64,000 bases of DNA from Balneolales bacterium (GTDB lineage: Bacteria > Bacteroidota > Rhodothermia > Balneolales > Natronogracilivirgulaceae), in contig SKNT01000026.1 of assembly GCA_007120385.1 (NCBI GenBank), forward strand, positions 45 through 64,044. The letters run 5' to 3'. Below are positions 1 through 9,014 of the stretch, piece by piece (position 1 is the stretch's first letter; every line of letters begins with the position of its first letter). The notes beneath the pieces are model-generated. The model searched no databases and had not been told where the DNA came from. It was given only the letters and a program-made list of their open reading frames with translations. Position numbers and translations under genes: made by a program.

Positions 1-58
1 AAAAGCGTCATGGACATTCTATGTGACGATATGAATCATAAAATTTTAAACACATGAA
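1..58 (+). repeat. Copy 1 (cut by the window edge) of a three-copy ~100-nt intergenic element. It ends in AAACACATGAA just before the trpA start.
   Basis: nt 7-58 (gtcatggacattctatgtgacgatatgaatcataaaattttaaacacatgaa) align to 39483-39533 at about 87% identity, with two compensating 1-nt indels. They also align block-wise to the reverse complement of 21404-21454. Confidence 0.7.
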
Positions 59-61
59 ATC

Positions 62-898
62 ATGACCAGCCAACAGGGAAGAATCCAAAGACTTTTCAAA
101 AACAAGGCCGGCAAGGAGAAGATCATGAGCCTGTTCCTGACGGCGGGTTATCCGGATCCGGCATCCACGGTGGATCTTGTAAAAGAACTGGAGGCATCAG
201 GTGCCGATATCCTGGAACTGGGCATGCCTTTCAGCGATCCGCTGGCCGATGGCCCCACTATCCAGTACGCCAGCAAGGTGGCCCTGGACCAGGGAGTTCA
301 TCTGGATTCAATTTTTGACATGGTCGAGCAAATCAGGAACCATTCGGGAATACCCGTGGTGCTGATGGGATATATCAATCCGGTATTGAAGTACGGATTG
401 GATGCTTTTTTTTACAAAGCAAGCCAATCAGGCACGGACGGCATTATCCTTCCCGATGTTCCGCCAGGTGAATTTCCGGAGGTGGAAGCGCTGTGCCGGA
501 AGTACCGCATCGACCCTATTCACCTTGTGGCACCTAACACATCCGAGGAGCGGATGCAGGAGATTGACCGGGCAAGCAGGGGATTTGTATACTGTGTCTC
601 GGTTACAGGCGTCACGGGAGCACGCAGTGGCGATGAGGTTAGCCGTTCTGTTGCGGGATTCATCAGCAAGGTACGCAGAAACGTCACTCGCAATCCCGTG
701 CTCGTGGGATTCGGAATACGGTCTCATGCCGATGCGGTGGCCGTTTCGGCTGAAACGGAGGGCTTTATTGTGGGAAGCGCCCTTATAGAACATATTCGGA
801 GCGTATACCCGCAACCTGACTGGATCAGCAAAACGGGGGCATTTGTCCGGGGCCTCAAGTACGGGGAGAATAACCGGCAGCCGGCACCATCCGGATAA
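62..898 (+). CDS. trpA: Tryptophan synthase alpha subunit
   Basis: 278-aa ORF with the TrpA signature LELGMPFSDPLADGPTIQ, LTAGYPD near the N-terminus and a GFGI motif near the C-terminus. Confidence 0.92.
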   Translation: MTSQQGRIQRLFKNKAGKEKIMSLFLTAGYPDPASTVDLVKELEASGADILELGMPFSDPLADGPTIQYASKVALDQGVHLDSIFDMVEQIRNHSGIPVVLMGYINPVLKYGLDAFFYKASQSGTDGIILPDVPPGEFPEVEALCRKYRIDPIHLVAPNTSEERMQEIDRASRGFVYCVSVTGVTGARSGDEVSRSVAGFISKVRRNVTRNPVLVGFGIRSHADAVAVSAETEGFIVGSALIEHIRSVYPQPDWISKTGAFVRGLKYGENNRQPAPSG

Positions 899-1049
899 TT
901 TCAGAAATGGCGGCAGGTGTCATGCACACTACTTCCGGATTCAGCTTCATCCAATGCAGTGCACCCTCAACGCCATATCATAAAAACCGGAGAAGTTTCG
1001 TTACACTCCAGACCATTTATATTTAATATTTAACCCTATTGTGTTCCTA

Positions 1050-2168
1050 ATGAACCGTTACTCATTATATCTGACTGCATTGCTTGGGCTGTTCCTGCTG
1101 AACGCCTGTGACCAGGACTACCGGCGAGCCGCTCAGGGTGGTCTATCGGAGGTACTGGTGGTTATGGACTCCACCCAGTGGGACAGTCCCGTGGCGGATG
1201 CCATCAGGGGCACTTTTGGCCGTGAGATGATGACCCTGCCACGTCCGGAGCATAGGTACGACCTGAGGTTCATGGACCTTAGGACAAACCGTGACCTGGA
1301 ATATGCGAAGAGTTTCAGGAATACCATATTTGTCGCTCCTGTTGACGAAGAGAGCAATGTCGGCTCTTTTATTCGTGCAATTATGAGCGAGGACATCAAG
1401 GAGCGTATCGCGGACGGCCGTAATTTTGCTTTTCCGCTGCGTGACCGCTGGTATCGTGATCAGTGGACACTTTTTCTATCGGCACCGGACCAGCAAACGC
1501 TTGCCAGGAAAATTCGCGAATCGGAGCGGTCGCTGGTGAGCAGTCTTGACCAGATTGAGCGCGAACGATGGAAAGGTCAGGTATACCGCAGGGGAGAGCA
1601 GGCTCATCTCGCCGATTCCCTGATGGAAAACCACGGCTTCAGCATCCGGGTGCAGCATGACTACCGAATAGGGGTGGATACGACCGGGTTTGTCTCCATG
1701 CGACGCTATCTGCACGACAATGACCGCTGGATTTGGTTTGCCTACAAAGACGGATTTGATGGTCTGGATGATATTGGCCAGGAATGGATCAATGCCGTCC
1801 GGGACTCGCTCAACAGGCAGTTCATCCGCGGCACCCGGGATGGATCCTATGTCACTACGGAATACCGTGCGCCACGGACCATAGAAACCAACAGAACACG
1901 GGTCAATGGTCGTCCAGCCCTGGAAACCAGGGGTACCTGGCGCATGACCAATGACATCATGGGAGGTCCCTTTCTGCATTACACCATATATGATGAGCAC
2001 CAGAACCGATTGTACATGATGGAATTCGCCCAGTTTGCACCGCGCTACAGCAAGCGTCGTTTCATGAACCAGTTTGAGGCAATGGCTCATACGTTTCAGA
2101 CGGACACTACGCTGGTTCCTGATCCGGTAGCGTTCCGGCAGGCACAGGCTGCGGGTTACACCGAGTAG
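1050..2168 (+). CDS. Lipoprotein of unknown function, DUF4837-like
   Basis: The ORF track starts at a GTG at 1041; I prefer the ATG at 1050 (MNRYSLYLTALLGLFLLNAC), which gives a lipobox with Cys. The family assignment is from memory of DUF4837 N-terminal patterns and has not been searched. Confidence 0.6.
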   Translation: MNRYSLYLTALLGLFLLNACDQDYRRAAQGGLSEVLVVMDSTQWDSPVADAIRGTFGREMMTLPRPEHRYDLRFMDLRTNRDLEYAKSFRNTIFVAPVDEESNVGSFIRAIMSEDIKERIADGRNFAFPLRDRWYRDQWTLFLSAPDQQTLARKIRESERSLVSSLDQIERERWKGQVYRRGEQAHLADSLMENHGFSIRVQHDYRIGVDTTGFVSMRRYLHDNDRWIWFAYKDGFDGLDDIGQEWINAVRDSLNRQFIRGTRDGSYVTTEYRAPRTIETNRTRVNGRPALETRGTWRMTNDIMGGPFLHYTIYDEHQNRLYMMEFAQFAPRYSKRRFMNQFEAMAHTFQTDTTLVPDPVAFRQAQAAGYTE

Positions 2169-2333
2169 CAGGGGACACCGTCCGGCATCACCGGCACAGG
2201 CCGCTCCCGGACAATATAATTTATTTATGTAATACTGTCCGGCATATAAATAAATTCACGAAAAATTCATTGTTCTGTAGTTTTTTTTGAGGTGATAACC
2301 CGGTTATGAACGCGCACCTCAAAAAACGCCTAA

Positions 2334-2733
2334 GGAAGCTCTCGAACTGGCACGATGGCAGTTTGGCATCACACACATCTCGGCGAACACGGAAGGCAGC
2401 TTAGCGGCGGGGAGCGACAGCGGTTGGCCATTGCCAGGGCACTTATTCGCAATGCGGCGCTCTGGATTCTGGATGAGCCTACAGCCAATCTTGACACCAT
2501 TACGGAAAAAGCAGTTGTCAAAATCATCCGGGAGGTGACGAAAAAAAGTACGGTACTCTGGATTACCCACAGACTTGTACAGATGGACTATTATGACCGG
2601 ATTTATGTGCTGGAGAATGGCAGGATATCAGAACGTGGCCGTCATCACCAACTAATGAGGAAAAAAGGTGGTATTCTGATATGGTTCATCTTCAGGAAGA
2701 CAAACTTGAGGAGGAACCCGTGTCAGTCCATTG
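2334..2733 (+). pseudogene. Remnant of an ABC transporter ATPase (CydC/CydD-type exporter C-terminus). It is 5'-truncated and frameshifted.
   Basis: The reading frame opens just after a stop at 2331. It begins directly at the ABC signature LSGGERQR, followed by Walker B (LWILDEPT) and the H-loop (ITHRL). There is no Walker A or membrane domain upstream. Around 2670-2676 the frame breaks after ...MRKKGG. The +2 frame continues as YSDMVHLQEDKLEEEPVSVH then stop, which is a typical ABC C-terminus. Confidence 0.65.
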
Positions 2734-3691
2734 ACATGGGATTGCTGTCGGCAATCCGCCGGTATTCCAGATACTCATCGGGTGACAAATCCGCAAACAT
2801 GTAGTTGAGAGGGTCAACGGGATCGCCGTTTTTTACTACTTCGTAATGGAGATGCGGTCCACTTGTAACACCTGAATTTCCACTCCGGGCCACAATCTGT
2901 CCGCGTTCCACCTTGACGCCCGGGCGTATTCCGTCTGCCAGGGAGGAGAGGTGGGCGTAGCGTGTTTCATAGCCATGGCCATGGTCGATCACGAGCAGCA
3001 AGCCGTAGGTGCGCCATCTTCGGGCGGACTTGACCACGCCGTCACCGGTTGCATAAACGGGTGTCCCGACCCTTGCCCTGAAATCCACGCCCTCGTGCAT
3101 GCGTTTGTAGCCGAGCACCGGGTGGCGGCGCATTCCGTATCCACTGAGAATGATACCGGACACAGGACGAATGGCCGGTATGTTGCTCATCAGTTCCTTG
3201 TTCTCGTTGTAATGAGCTTTAATCTCTTCGAAGCTGAGTTTCTGAATGTTAATTCGGCGTTCCATGCTTTCCAGGCTGCTTGCTGTCCACCGGAGCAGAT
3301 CAGATGAAGGCTCACTGTAGGCATCAAAGCGGGCATGGATATCGGCTCCCCCAACACCTGCCTGGCGCTCATCGTCAGAAATCGGTTCGATACCCAGCAT
3401 GGTCCGGTACAGATCATTGTCCATGCTGGTAATCATGGCCATTTGCTGATCCAGGTATTCAATACTTTTTTTTGTCTCATGAAGCTGGTTGTAGAGCGCT
3501 TTGTTTTCAGCCTTCAGGGCAATTTCGGATGGTGAGCCTGCGCTGAATGAAAGGAGGGACAAAGAGATAGTGGTGATGACGGTACCCACGAGAACCCACA
3601 AGCTGAGCGTATAAATCACACGCTCTGCAGGTCCGTACGTAACGGGAATGAACTGACACTCCTTCTCGTCGTAATAAAAGTAATTTTCCAA
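2723..3691 (-). CDS. M23 family metallopeptidase (EnvC/NlpD-like, N-terminal TM plus coiled coil)
   Basis: Contains HEGVDFRARVGTPVYATGDGVV and GNSGVTSGPHLHYEV, the HxxxD and HxH zinc motifs of LytM/M23. The start codon appears to be TTG. Confidence 0.85.
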   Translation of the reverse strand: MENYFYYDEKECQFIPVTYGPAERVIYTLSLWVLVGTVITTISLSLLSFSAGSPSEIALKAENKALYNQLHETKKSIEYLDQQMAMITSMDNDLYRTMLGIEPISDDERQAGVGGADIHARFDAYSEPSSDLLRWTASSLESMERRINIQKLSFEEIKAHYNENKELMSNIPAIRPVSGIILSGYGMRRHPVLGYKRMHEGVDFRARVGTPVYATGDGVVKSARRWRTYGLLLVIDHGHGYETRYAHLSSLADGIRPGVKVERGQIVARSGNSGVTSGPHLHYEVVKNGDPVDPLNYMFADLSPDEYLEYRRIADSNPMSMD

Positions 3692-3746
3692 AACCTGTCT
3701 TTTCAGAAATCCAAAGGGGGCTTGCTCTGAACAATACTTTGCGGTC

Positions 3747-3754
3747 TAAAGATA
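3747..3754 (-). promoter_or_regulatory. Candidate FCB-type -7 promoter element (TATCTTTA) upstream of the M23 peptidase gene
   Basis: The minus strand reads ttatctttag about 55 nt upstream of the start at 3691. The same TTATCTTT(G/A) core recurs upstream of icd and of the 19029 ORF. The Bacteroidetes sigma-A consensus is TAnnTTTG. Confidence 0.3.
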
Positions 3755-3804
3755 ATATCTATGTACAAGAAAGCAAAATAATACAAATAAGCTGTTGATT
3801 TACA

Positions 3805-4833
3805 TTACTCCAAATCTCCTTCGAAATATTCAACTGCCCGCTGAATGATCGGACTGCCGTCTTTCTTTTCGGCAATCCGCTGCCGGATTTTATCCTGGAA
3901 GGCCTGGGCGGCATCGTACCCATAATGGAGAAGAAGGTGATTCATGGCAATGACTTCGGCAATCACAGTGATATTCTTACCGGGGGTAATCGGCAAGTTG
4001 ATGGTGGGAATGTCAACACCCAGGACGGGGGTGTTCTGCCTGTTGAGCCCGGTCCGGTCCACATGGTGGGATTCGTCCCACAGGCTGAGTTCCAAAATCA
4101 CTTCCACACGTTTCTGGTAGCGGATGGCCCGAATTCCAAACATGGACATCACATCCACAATACCAAGGCCCCGAATTTCCATGAAATGCTTGTTGATTTC
4201 GGTTGGTGAGGCGATCAGCACATTGCTTTTCTTGGTAAGGATGATCACGTCATCGGAGACCACGCGATGGCCGCGTTCCACCAGATCGAGAGCCACTTCG
4301 CTCTTACCGATACCGGATTTGCCGGAAATCAGTATGCCAACGCCGTAGACATCCACCATGGATCCGTGCACCATGGTCTGCACGGCGAACTGGTCCTCGA
4401 GAAAGTCCCGGACCAGGAACATGAAACGGGTTGTCTCCATTGGTGACTGAAAAACGGGGATGCGCGCTTCCTCTGCGAGCTGGAGGAAGGAGTCGGGCAG
4501 CATGTTGTTATCTGTCAGGAAGATGACAGGAATCTGGAATTTGGTGATTTCGAAAAATGCCTTCCGGCAGGTTTCTTCACCGATATGATCGATATATTTG
4601 CGTTCGCTGTTTCCGATGACCTGAATTCTTTGATGGGAAAACAGGTCTACATAGCCGGCCAGGGCCAGTCCGGGGCGGTGCAGATCGGTATCGGTTATCA
4701 TCCGGTCGCTGCATGAAGATTCTGCGGCACAGGATCTGATATCCAGTTTGAGCTTGTCGCGCAGCTGCTCGACCAGAAAAGAGACGGTAATATGCTCTTT
4801 TCTGGGAACAGCCTTGATATTTTTAAAGGGCAT
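3805..4833 (-). CDS. hprK: HPr kinase/phosphorylase, full length with N-terminal domain
   Basis: Walker-A-like GKSGIGKSEVALDLVERGHRVVSDD and the downstream EIRGLGI signature. 342 aa. Confidence 0.9.
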   Translation of the reverse strand: MPFKNIKAVPRKEHITVSFLVEQLRDKLKLDIRSCAAESSCSDRMITDTDLHRPGLALAGYVDLFSHQRIQVIGNSERKYIDHIGEETCRKAFFEITKFQIPVIFLTDNNMLPDSFLQLAEEARIPVFQSPMETTRFMFLVRDFLEDQFAVQTMVHGSMVDVYGVGILISGKSGIGKSEVALDLVERGHRVVSDDVIILTKKSNVLIASPTEINKHFMEIRGLGIVDVMSMFGIRAIRYQKRVEVILELSLWDESHHVDRTGLNRQNTPVLGVDIPTINLPITPGKNITVIAEVIAMNHLLLHYGYDAAQAFQDKIRQRIAEKKDGSPIIQRAVEYFEGDLE

Positions 4834-4879
4834 GCGGGTGTAATTGGCAGACTGACGTTCTGCTTTTCAGAATTGGACG

Positions 4880-5179
4880 TCAGTTGCGGGAAAATCGTTT
4901 GTCCTTGTATTTAATTAATTGACGGCGCATGTTATCAACTGCAGAACGCACAGCCTGTTCGTATGCCGGACCCGACTCGGTGGCTTTAAGAAGCTCCTGC
5001 TTCACCTTGACCGTGAGTTCTGCTTTTGCCGGCTGATCGTTATCAGGAGAAGGTTCCAGGACGATGTCACAGGAGTAAATTCCATCAAAAAAGCGTTTCA
5101 GCTTGTTTATCTCCACCGAGGTGAAGTCCTGGAGATTCTGACTTGCGTCAAACTTTCGGGCTGTGAAGTTGATATTCAT
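4880..5179 (-). CDS. hpf: Ribosome hibernation promoting factor / sigma-54 modulation protein family (short form)
   Basis: 99 aa. The N-terminus MNINFTARKFDASQNLQDF and the overall pattern are typical of the HPF/RaiA/YfiA family. Confidence 0.85.
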   Translation of the reverse strand: MNINFTARKFDASQNLQDFTSVEINKLKRFFDGIYSCDIVLEPSPDNDQPAKAELTVKVKQELLKATESGPAYEQAVRSAVDNMRRQLIKYKDKRFSRN

Positions 5180-5250
5180 TGTCTGAGATGGATTAGGGTT
5201 CTTGTTGAAGGAGAATATGACATAAAATCACTACAAATAAAACCGGAGTA

Positions 5251-6186
5251 TCATTCGGTTTCGGGGGTTTCTGCCCTGGGATGGGCGGTGCGGTAGACTT
5301 TCCTCAGATGCTCTACACTGGTGCCCGTGTATATCTGGGTGGCAGCAAGATCTGAGTGGCCAAGCAACTCTTTGATAACGCGTATGCCCGCCCCGCGATC
5401 CAGCAGATGCGTCGCAAAACTGTGCCTCAGTACGTGAGGGCTCTTCTGACTTACCTCGCTGACGCGTGAGAGGTACAGGGAGACTTTTCGCTGGATGAGT
5501 CTGGGATAGACTCTTTTTCCCGAATCGGTGAGAAAGAGAGCCAGGTGATCGTCAGTACCGGTTTTCCGGCTCACAAGCAGGAGACGGTCTGCCAGGTAAT
5601 TGCGAAGTGCTGCTGCTGCGGGAGCACCGAAGGGAATGATGCGTTCCCGGGCGCCCTTGCCATACACCTTTACCCGCTTTCTGTCCAGATCGAGATCGGC
5701 GGTATTCAGTCCGACCAGTTCTGCGAGCCGCATCCCCGTGCTGTAGAGCAGTTCAAGGACTGCCAGGTCCCGTTTACCGGAAGGTTCATCGGTTTCTACG
5801 GTTTCCATCATGAGTCCGAGCTCCTCGGGACGGACGGTCTTCGGCAGGCGGTGCTCTTTCTTGGGATTCATGAGCAGATGAGCCGGATTATGGTGTATCA
5901 ATCCTCTTTTGTATGCGAATTTCAGAAAAGATCGAACCGATGCGGTCTTTCTGGCAAGGGTGGATTTTGCCGGTTTAGAGGACATCAGGGAACCAAGCCA
6001 GAGGCGGATCGCCAGGCGGTCAATGCGATCGTATGGCAGCTCCTCCGGGGAGGCATTCCATTCATTGCCGCAGAAGTGCAGAAACTGCTTGATATCACGC
6101 TGATAGGCTTCCACTGTTTTAGGGGAAGCATTACGCTCAACTTCAAGGTACTTAGTAAAGCGGCCAAGCAGGAGGAATTCACTCAT
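5251..6186 (-). CDS. Tyrosine site-specific recombinase, XerC/XerD type
   Basis: The C-terminal catalytic region HVLRHSFATHLLDRGAGIRVIKELLGHSDLAATQIYT contains the R..HxxR..Y residues. The N-terminal SAM-like domain is present. Confidence 0.85.
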   Translation of the reverse strand: MSEFLLLGRFTKYLEVERNASPKTVEAYQRDIKQFLHFCGNEWNASPEELPYDRIDRLAIRLWLGSLMSSKPAKSTLARKTASVRSFLKFAYKRGLIHHNPAHLLMNPKKEHRLPKTVRPEELGLMMETVETDEPSGKRDLAVLELLYSTGMRLAELVGLNTADLDLDRKRVKVYGKGARERIIPFGAPAAAALRNYLADRLLLVSRKTGTDDHLALFLTDSGKRVYPRLIQRKVSLYLSRVSEVSQKSPHVLRHSFATHLLDRGAGIRVIKELLGHSDLAATQIYTGTSVEHLRKVYRTAHPRAETPETE

Positions 6187-6352
6187 AATTCGACGTTCCT
6201 GTATTCATCCTCTAGATAAGATAATCAAAGCGGCCTCATTTAAAAGGGCAAAATGATATAATCAGAAAAAAAATGTGTAAGGAAGCACAAGCTTCATGCT
6301 CATTAGAAGTACCTGATACTACTAATTTTGTCTGAAATCCAATTCTAAAACC

Positions 6353-6847
6353 ATGGAACAAGCTCATAAAATGAAAAAAACAGAAGACGGAACCCAGTAT
6401 CCCGTGTACCGGCAGATGGAAATAGCTGTAGGTGTATTGATTGGAAACATCCTTGAGATACGCAATGTTTCGGAATGGGCGGCATTCATGGGGTACTCCA
6501 GGTCGCATTTTTGCCGCAGTTTCAAAAAAAGGTTCGGAGAAAATCCAAAATTGGTGTTGAGAAGGGCGCGTTTGAGGAAAGTATGCCGGGTCATACAGTC
6601 AGACTGGTCGGCAACCGCCTACAAAGTCGCTCTTGAGTCAGGTTTTGAGAATGACAAGGCACTTCACAAGTTTTTGAATCGAAACTTCCGGAAAGGTTTT
6701 ATTGCACTCAAGGACGAACTGAAGAGAGATGCCTTCCGTGCAAGAAAGGTCATATCATTTGCAGCTGATTCGGACTATGAATACATCATTGGTTCGGGAA
6801 ACTTCGGTTCAGACGGGGCGGCCTTTCCAGCTGGGACCGCTTTGTAG
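6353..6847 (+). CDS. Stand-alone AraC-type helix-turn-helix protein
   Basis: YSRSHFCRSFKKRFGENPK followed by a second HTH (VALESGFENDKALHKFLNRNF). No ligand or dimerisation domain is visible. The gene and its upstream region look more AT-rich than their neighbours. The 3' end overlaps the convergent GT2 gene by 39 nt. Confidence 0.6.
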   Translation: MEQAHKMKKTEDGTQYPVYRQMEIAVGVLIGNILEIRNVSEWAAFMGYSRSHFCRSFKKRFGENPKLVLRRARLRKVCRVIQSDWSATAYKVALESGFENDKALHKFLNRNFRKGFIALKDELKRDAFRARKVISFAADSDYEYIIGSGNFGSDGAAFPAGTAL

Positions 6848-8077
6848 CAGATGATCCCGGATCACCACAAAGGCCAGCATGTGAAACCAAAGTATGCCAG
6901 GCAGATATAGTAATGCTGTCGAATAGGGCCATTTCAAAAACTTTGCAATACAAAGTCTCTGTAAAAGGGCACCGGCAACCAGTGCTGCGAAGCCTCCTGC
7001 AAGCAAGGGGTTCAGTGAAGGGCACGAACTGCAGCTGAGTGCCGCAGCGAGCACCAGAACAGGTAGCAAATAGACTGCAAAGTGAAGAAGCCATGCAAAC
7101 AGGAAAGGCAGAAACCGGTATCCGAAACCGGCAAAAAAGTTTTTTCTGAATCCATTGAAGATTTCTGACGGATTTCGATACATCCGGCACCACAGCCGGT
7201 TCGTTCCATGGAACATTCTCATTGACTTTCCGGAACGCACCACCTTTTTTGCAAGCATGACGTCCTCGACAACCTGGTCTTTGACTGATTCGTGCCCGCC
7301 TGTGTTGTGATAGGTTTGCTTTTTGAATATCATGCATTGACCGCACGCACTTGCAAACAGGGGTTTGACCTTTTGCCGAAGATCCGGAAAAGGAATCCAT
7401 GCTGGAGCGCGGTAGCTGTAAAGCGTCGGAAGATAGGCAGCCACGGTGGAGTAGACCGTTGAAACGACAGATTTTTCCAACAATGTATCCATCACCTGAT
7501 GCGGCCATACCGTTGCAAAATCAAGTTCGAATTTTTCCATGGCAACAACGATAGAGGAGACGGCGTCACCTCCAACCCAGGTGTCCGCGTCCAGAAAAAC
7601 ATACAGGTTGCCGCGCGCGTGTCCTGCCAGTTGATGACATGCCCAGTTTTTACCCAGCCAACCGTCGGGCTTTCTTTTCGCGGAATGGACGTAAACATGC
7701 ATCCCGATTGCACTTTGTCCCGGGTCAGCGGTTTTGTCCAACTCCTTTGCGGCGTTCACCCTGTCCCGGAATTCCTCAGCTATTATCCTGGTGTTGTCTT
7801 CGGAGTGATCATCCAGAATATGGATTTCCATCCGGGGCCAGTCCTGCTGCCGGAGGGTCTCCAGCAACCTGGGAAGATTTCTTTCCTCGTTGCGTGCCGG
7901 TATAAGGATGGAGACAAGCGGCGGCGTTTCCTTTTGTCCCTGATCCTGATGCGGATCATGGACCTCTGTGAGGTCTGCAAGTCCGAGGAAGTGCCTGCGG
8001 TTGTGAAGAAGAATCAACGAAGTGATGGAAAAAAAAAGCAGACCTGTTACAAACAGGCCAAGCAGCAGGACATCCAT
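6809..8077 (-). CDS. Membrane-bound family 2 glycosyltransferase (TM segments at both ends)
   Basis: VSILIPARNEERNLPRLLETLRQQDWP and ILDDHSEDNT GT-A motifs, plus a later DADTW DXD motif. The hydrophobic N- and C-termini resemble lipid or carotenoid glycosyltransferases of the CrtQ/HpnI type. That resemblance is architectural only. Confidence 0.8.
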   Translation of the reverse strand: MDVLLLGLFVTGLLFFSITSLILLHNRRHFLGLADLTEVHDPHQDQGQKETPPLVSILIPARNEERNLPRLLETLRQQDWPRMEIHILDDHSEDNTRIIAEEFRDRVNAAKELDKTADPGQSAIGMHVYVHSAKRKPDGWLGKNWACHQLAGHARGNLYVFLDADTWVGGDAVSSIVVAMEKFELDFATVWPHQVMDTLLEKSVVSTVYSTVAAYLPTLYSYRAPAWIPFPDLRQKVKPLFASACGQCMIFKKQTYHNTGGHESVKDQVVEDVMLAKKVVRSGKSMRMFHGTNRLWCRMYRNPSEIFNGFRKNFFAGFGYRFLPFLFAWLLHFAVYLLPVLVLAAALSCSSCPSLNPLLAGGFAALVAGALLQRLCIAKFLKWPYSTALLYLPGILWFHMLAFVVIRDHLLQSGPSWKGRPV

Positions 8078-8082
8078 TGAGG

Positions 8083-8535
8083 TCAGTTGATGGTTTCAGT
8101 TCCCTTGAGAAACAGGGAACGATCGCTGCCAAGATATTCGCTGTCAAATATCATACCTGCAACCCACTCCTTGACGTCAGGAACATCGGTGATATCCGTA
8201 TCGAGCCGGAGCATGGAATATTCGATCAGGCGTTCCATGCGGCGAGCATCGAGTATGCCTATGTAGTAGAGCTCAAGCATGTATCCATAAGCGTCTGATG
8301 AGATGCGTGAACGCTCATTGGGATGAAGCACCCGGGGGACGGGCATGCTTCTTTTTGCATTGGTATTACCCGAAAGTTCACCGGATTCATGCTTCTGAAT
8401 CAGCCAGGAGTAGGCGGCACTTATTTCGGAATTATTGTAACCGCGCAGCTTGTCCAGTTTGATGTCTTTCAGCTGCGCGCCGATATGCATCCTTTTGACC
8501 AGGTAAATTATGAGGTCGACAACGTTGTTTTGCAT
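8083..8535 (-). CDS. Smg/DUF494-like protein
   Basis: 150 aa. The layout matches E. coli Smg: an N-terminal ..DLIIYLV.. segment and a central RVLHPNERSRISSDAYGYMLEL segment, comparable to [22 protein letters not shown] in Smg. This comparison is from memory only. Confidence 0.5.
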   Translation of the reverse strand: MQNNVVDLIIYLVKRMHIGAQLKDIKLDKLRGYNNSEISAAYSWLIQKHESGELSGNTNAKRSMPVPRVLHPNERSRISSDAYGYMLELYYIGILDARRMERLIEYSMLRLDTDITDVPDVKEWVAGMIFDSEYLGSDRSLFLKGTETIN

Positions 8536-8985
8536 TCAAAAATCCTGATATAGCGTAATGTATTTGTTCTCCAGGGAGTGCATTCTGTTGCGTTGCTGCT
8601 CGGTATCATCGTCGTAACCAACCAGATGCAGCAACCCGTGTATGACTACACGAAGCAGTTCCATACCGAATTCCGTATTCAATTCCCGTGACTGGCGAGA
8701 AATTTGGGTGAGACAGCAAAACAGTGTTCCTTCAACCGGTTCTTCGTTTTCATGATATGGAAATGTAATGATATCTGTAACGTAATCATGACCAAGGTAC
8801 TTGCGATTCATTTCCAGAATTTCAGAATCATTCACAAAAACCACTTCCAGGGTCAAAAAATTCCGCTGTTCGTGGATACGGATCAGGTCGGTGAGACGCG
8901 AAAGGTCTTCTCGGGACAATGGAACTTGTTCCGCAGTCTCATTGAAAATCTCAATAATTTCCGGTTTCATCAGCAAGTGCAGCAA
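8536..8985 (-). CDS. ybeY: rRNA maturation endoribonuclease YbeY
   Basis: HGLLHLVGYDD zinc-binding motif in a 149-aa protein. Confidence 0.87.
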   Translation of the reverse strand: MLHLLMKPEIIEIFNETAEQVPLSREDLSRLTDLIRIHEQRNFLTLEVVFVNDSEILEMNRKYLGHDYVTDIITFPYHENEEPVEGTLFCCLTQISRQSRELNTEFGMELLRVVIHGLLHLVGYDDDTEQQRNRMHSLENKYITLYQDF

Positions 8986-9014
8986 AATTGGCTCGTATTG
9001 CCTGGTCGGCCGTT

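Noticed and set aside
2281-2326. The composite palindrome ttttttttgaggtg-ataacccggttat-gaacgcg-cacctcaaaaaa, considered as a possible mobile-element end or attachment site.
   Set aside because: It is more simply a bidirectional terminator-like hairpin (T-run, stem, A-run) left at the boundary of the deleted ABC gene. I saw no second copy or target-site duplication in the window.
5251-6186. The tyrosine recombinase as a marker of an integrated mobile element or genomic island.
   Set aside because: It has XerC/XerD-type length and motifs and is embedded among housekeeping genes (hpf, hprK). It is not adjacent to a tRNA, and I saw no flanking direct repeats, phage genes or transposase genes.
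6786-7508. A 240-aa minus-strand ORF overlapping the membrane GT2 gene in another frame.
   Set aside because: The 6809-8077 frame has clear GT2 motifs and TM helices. The overlapping frame is Cys/Arg-rich with no motif.
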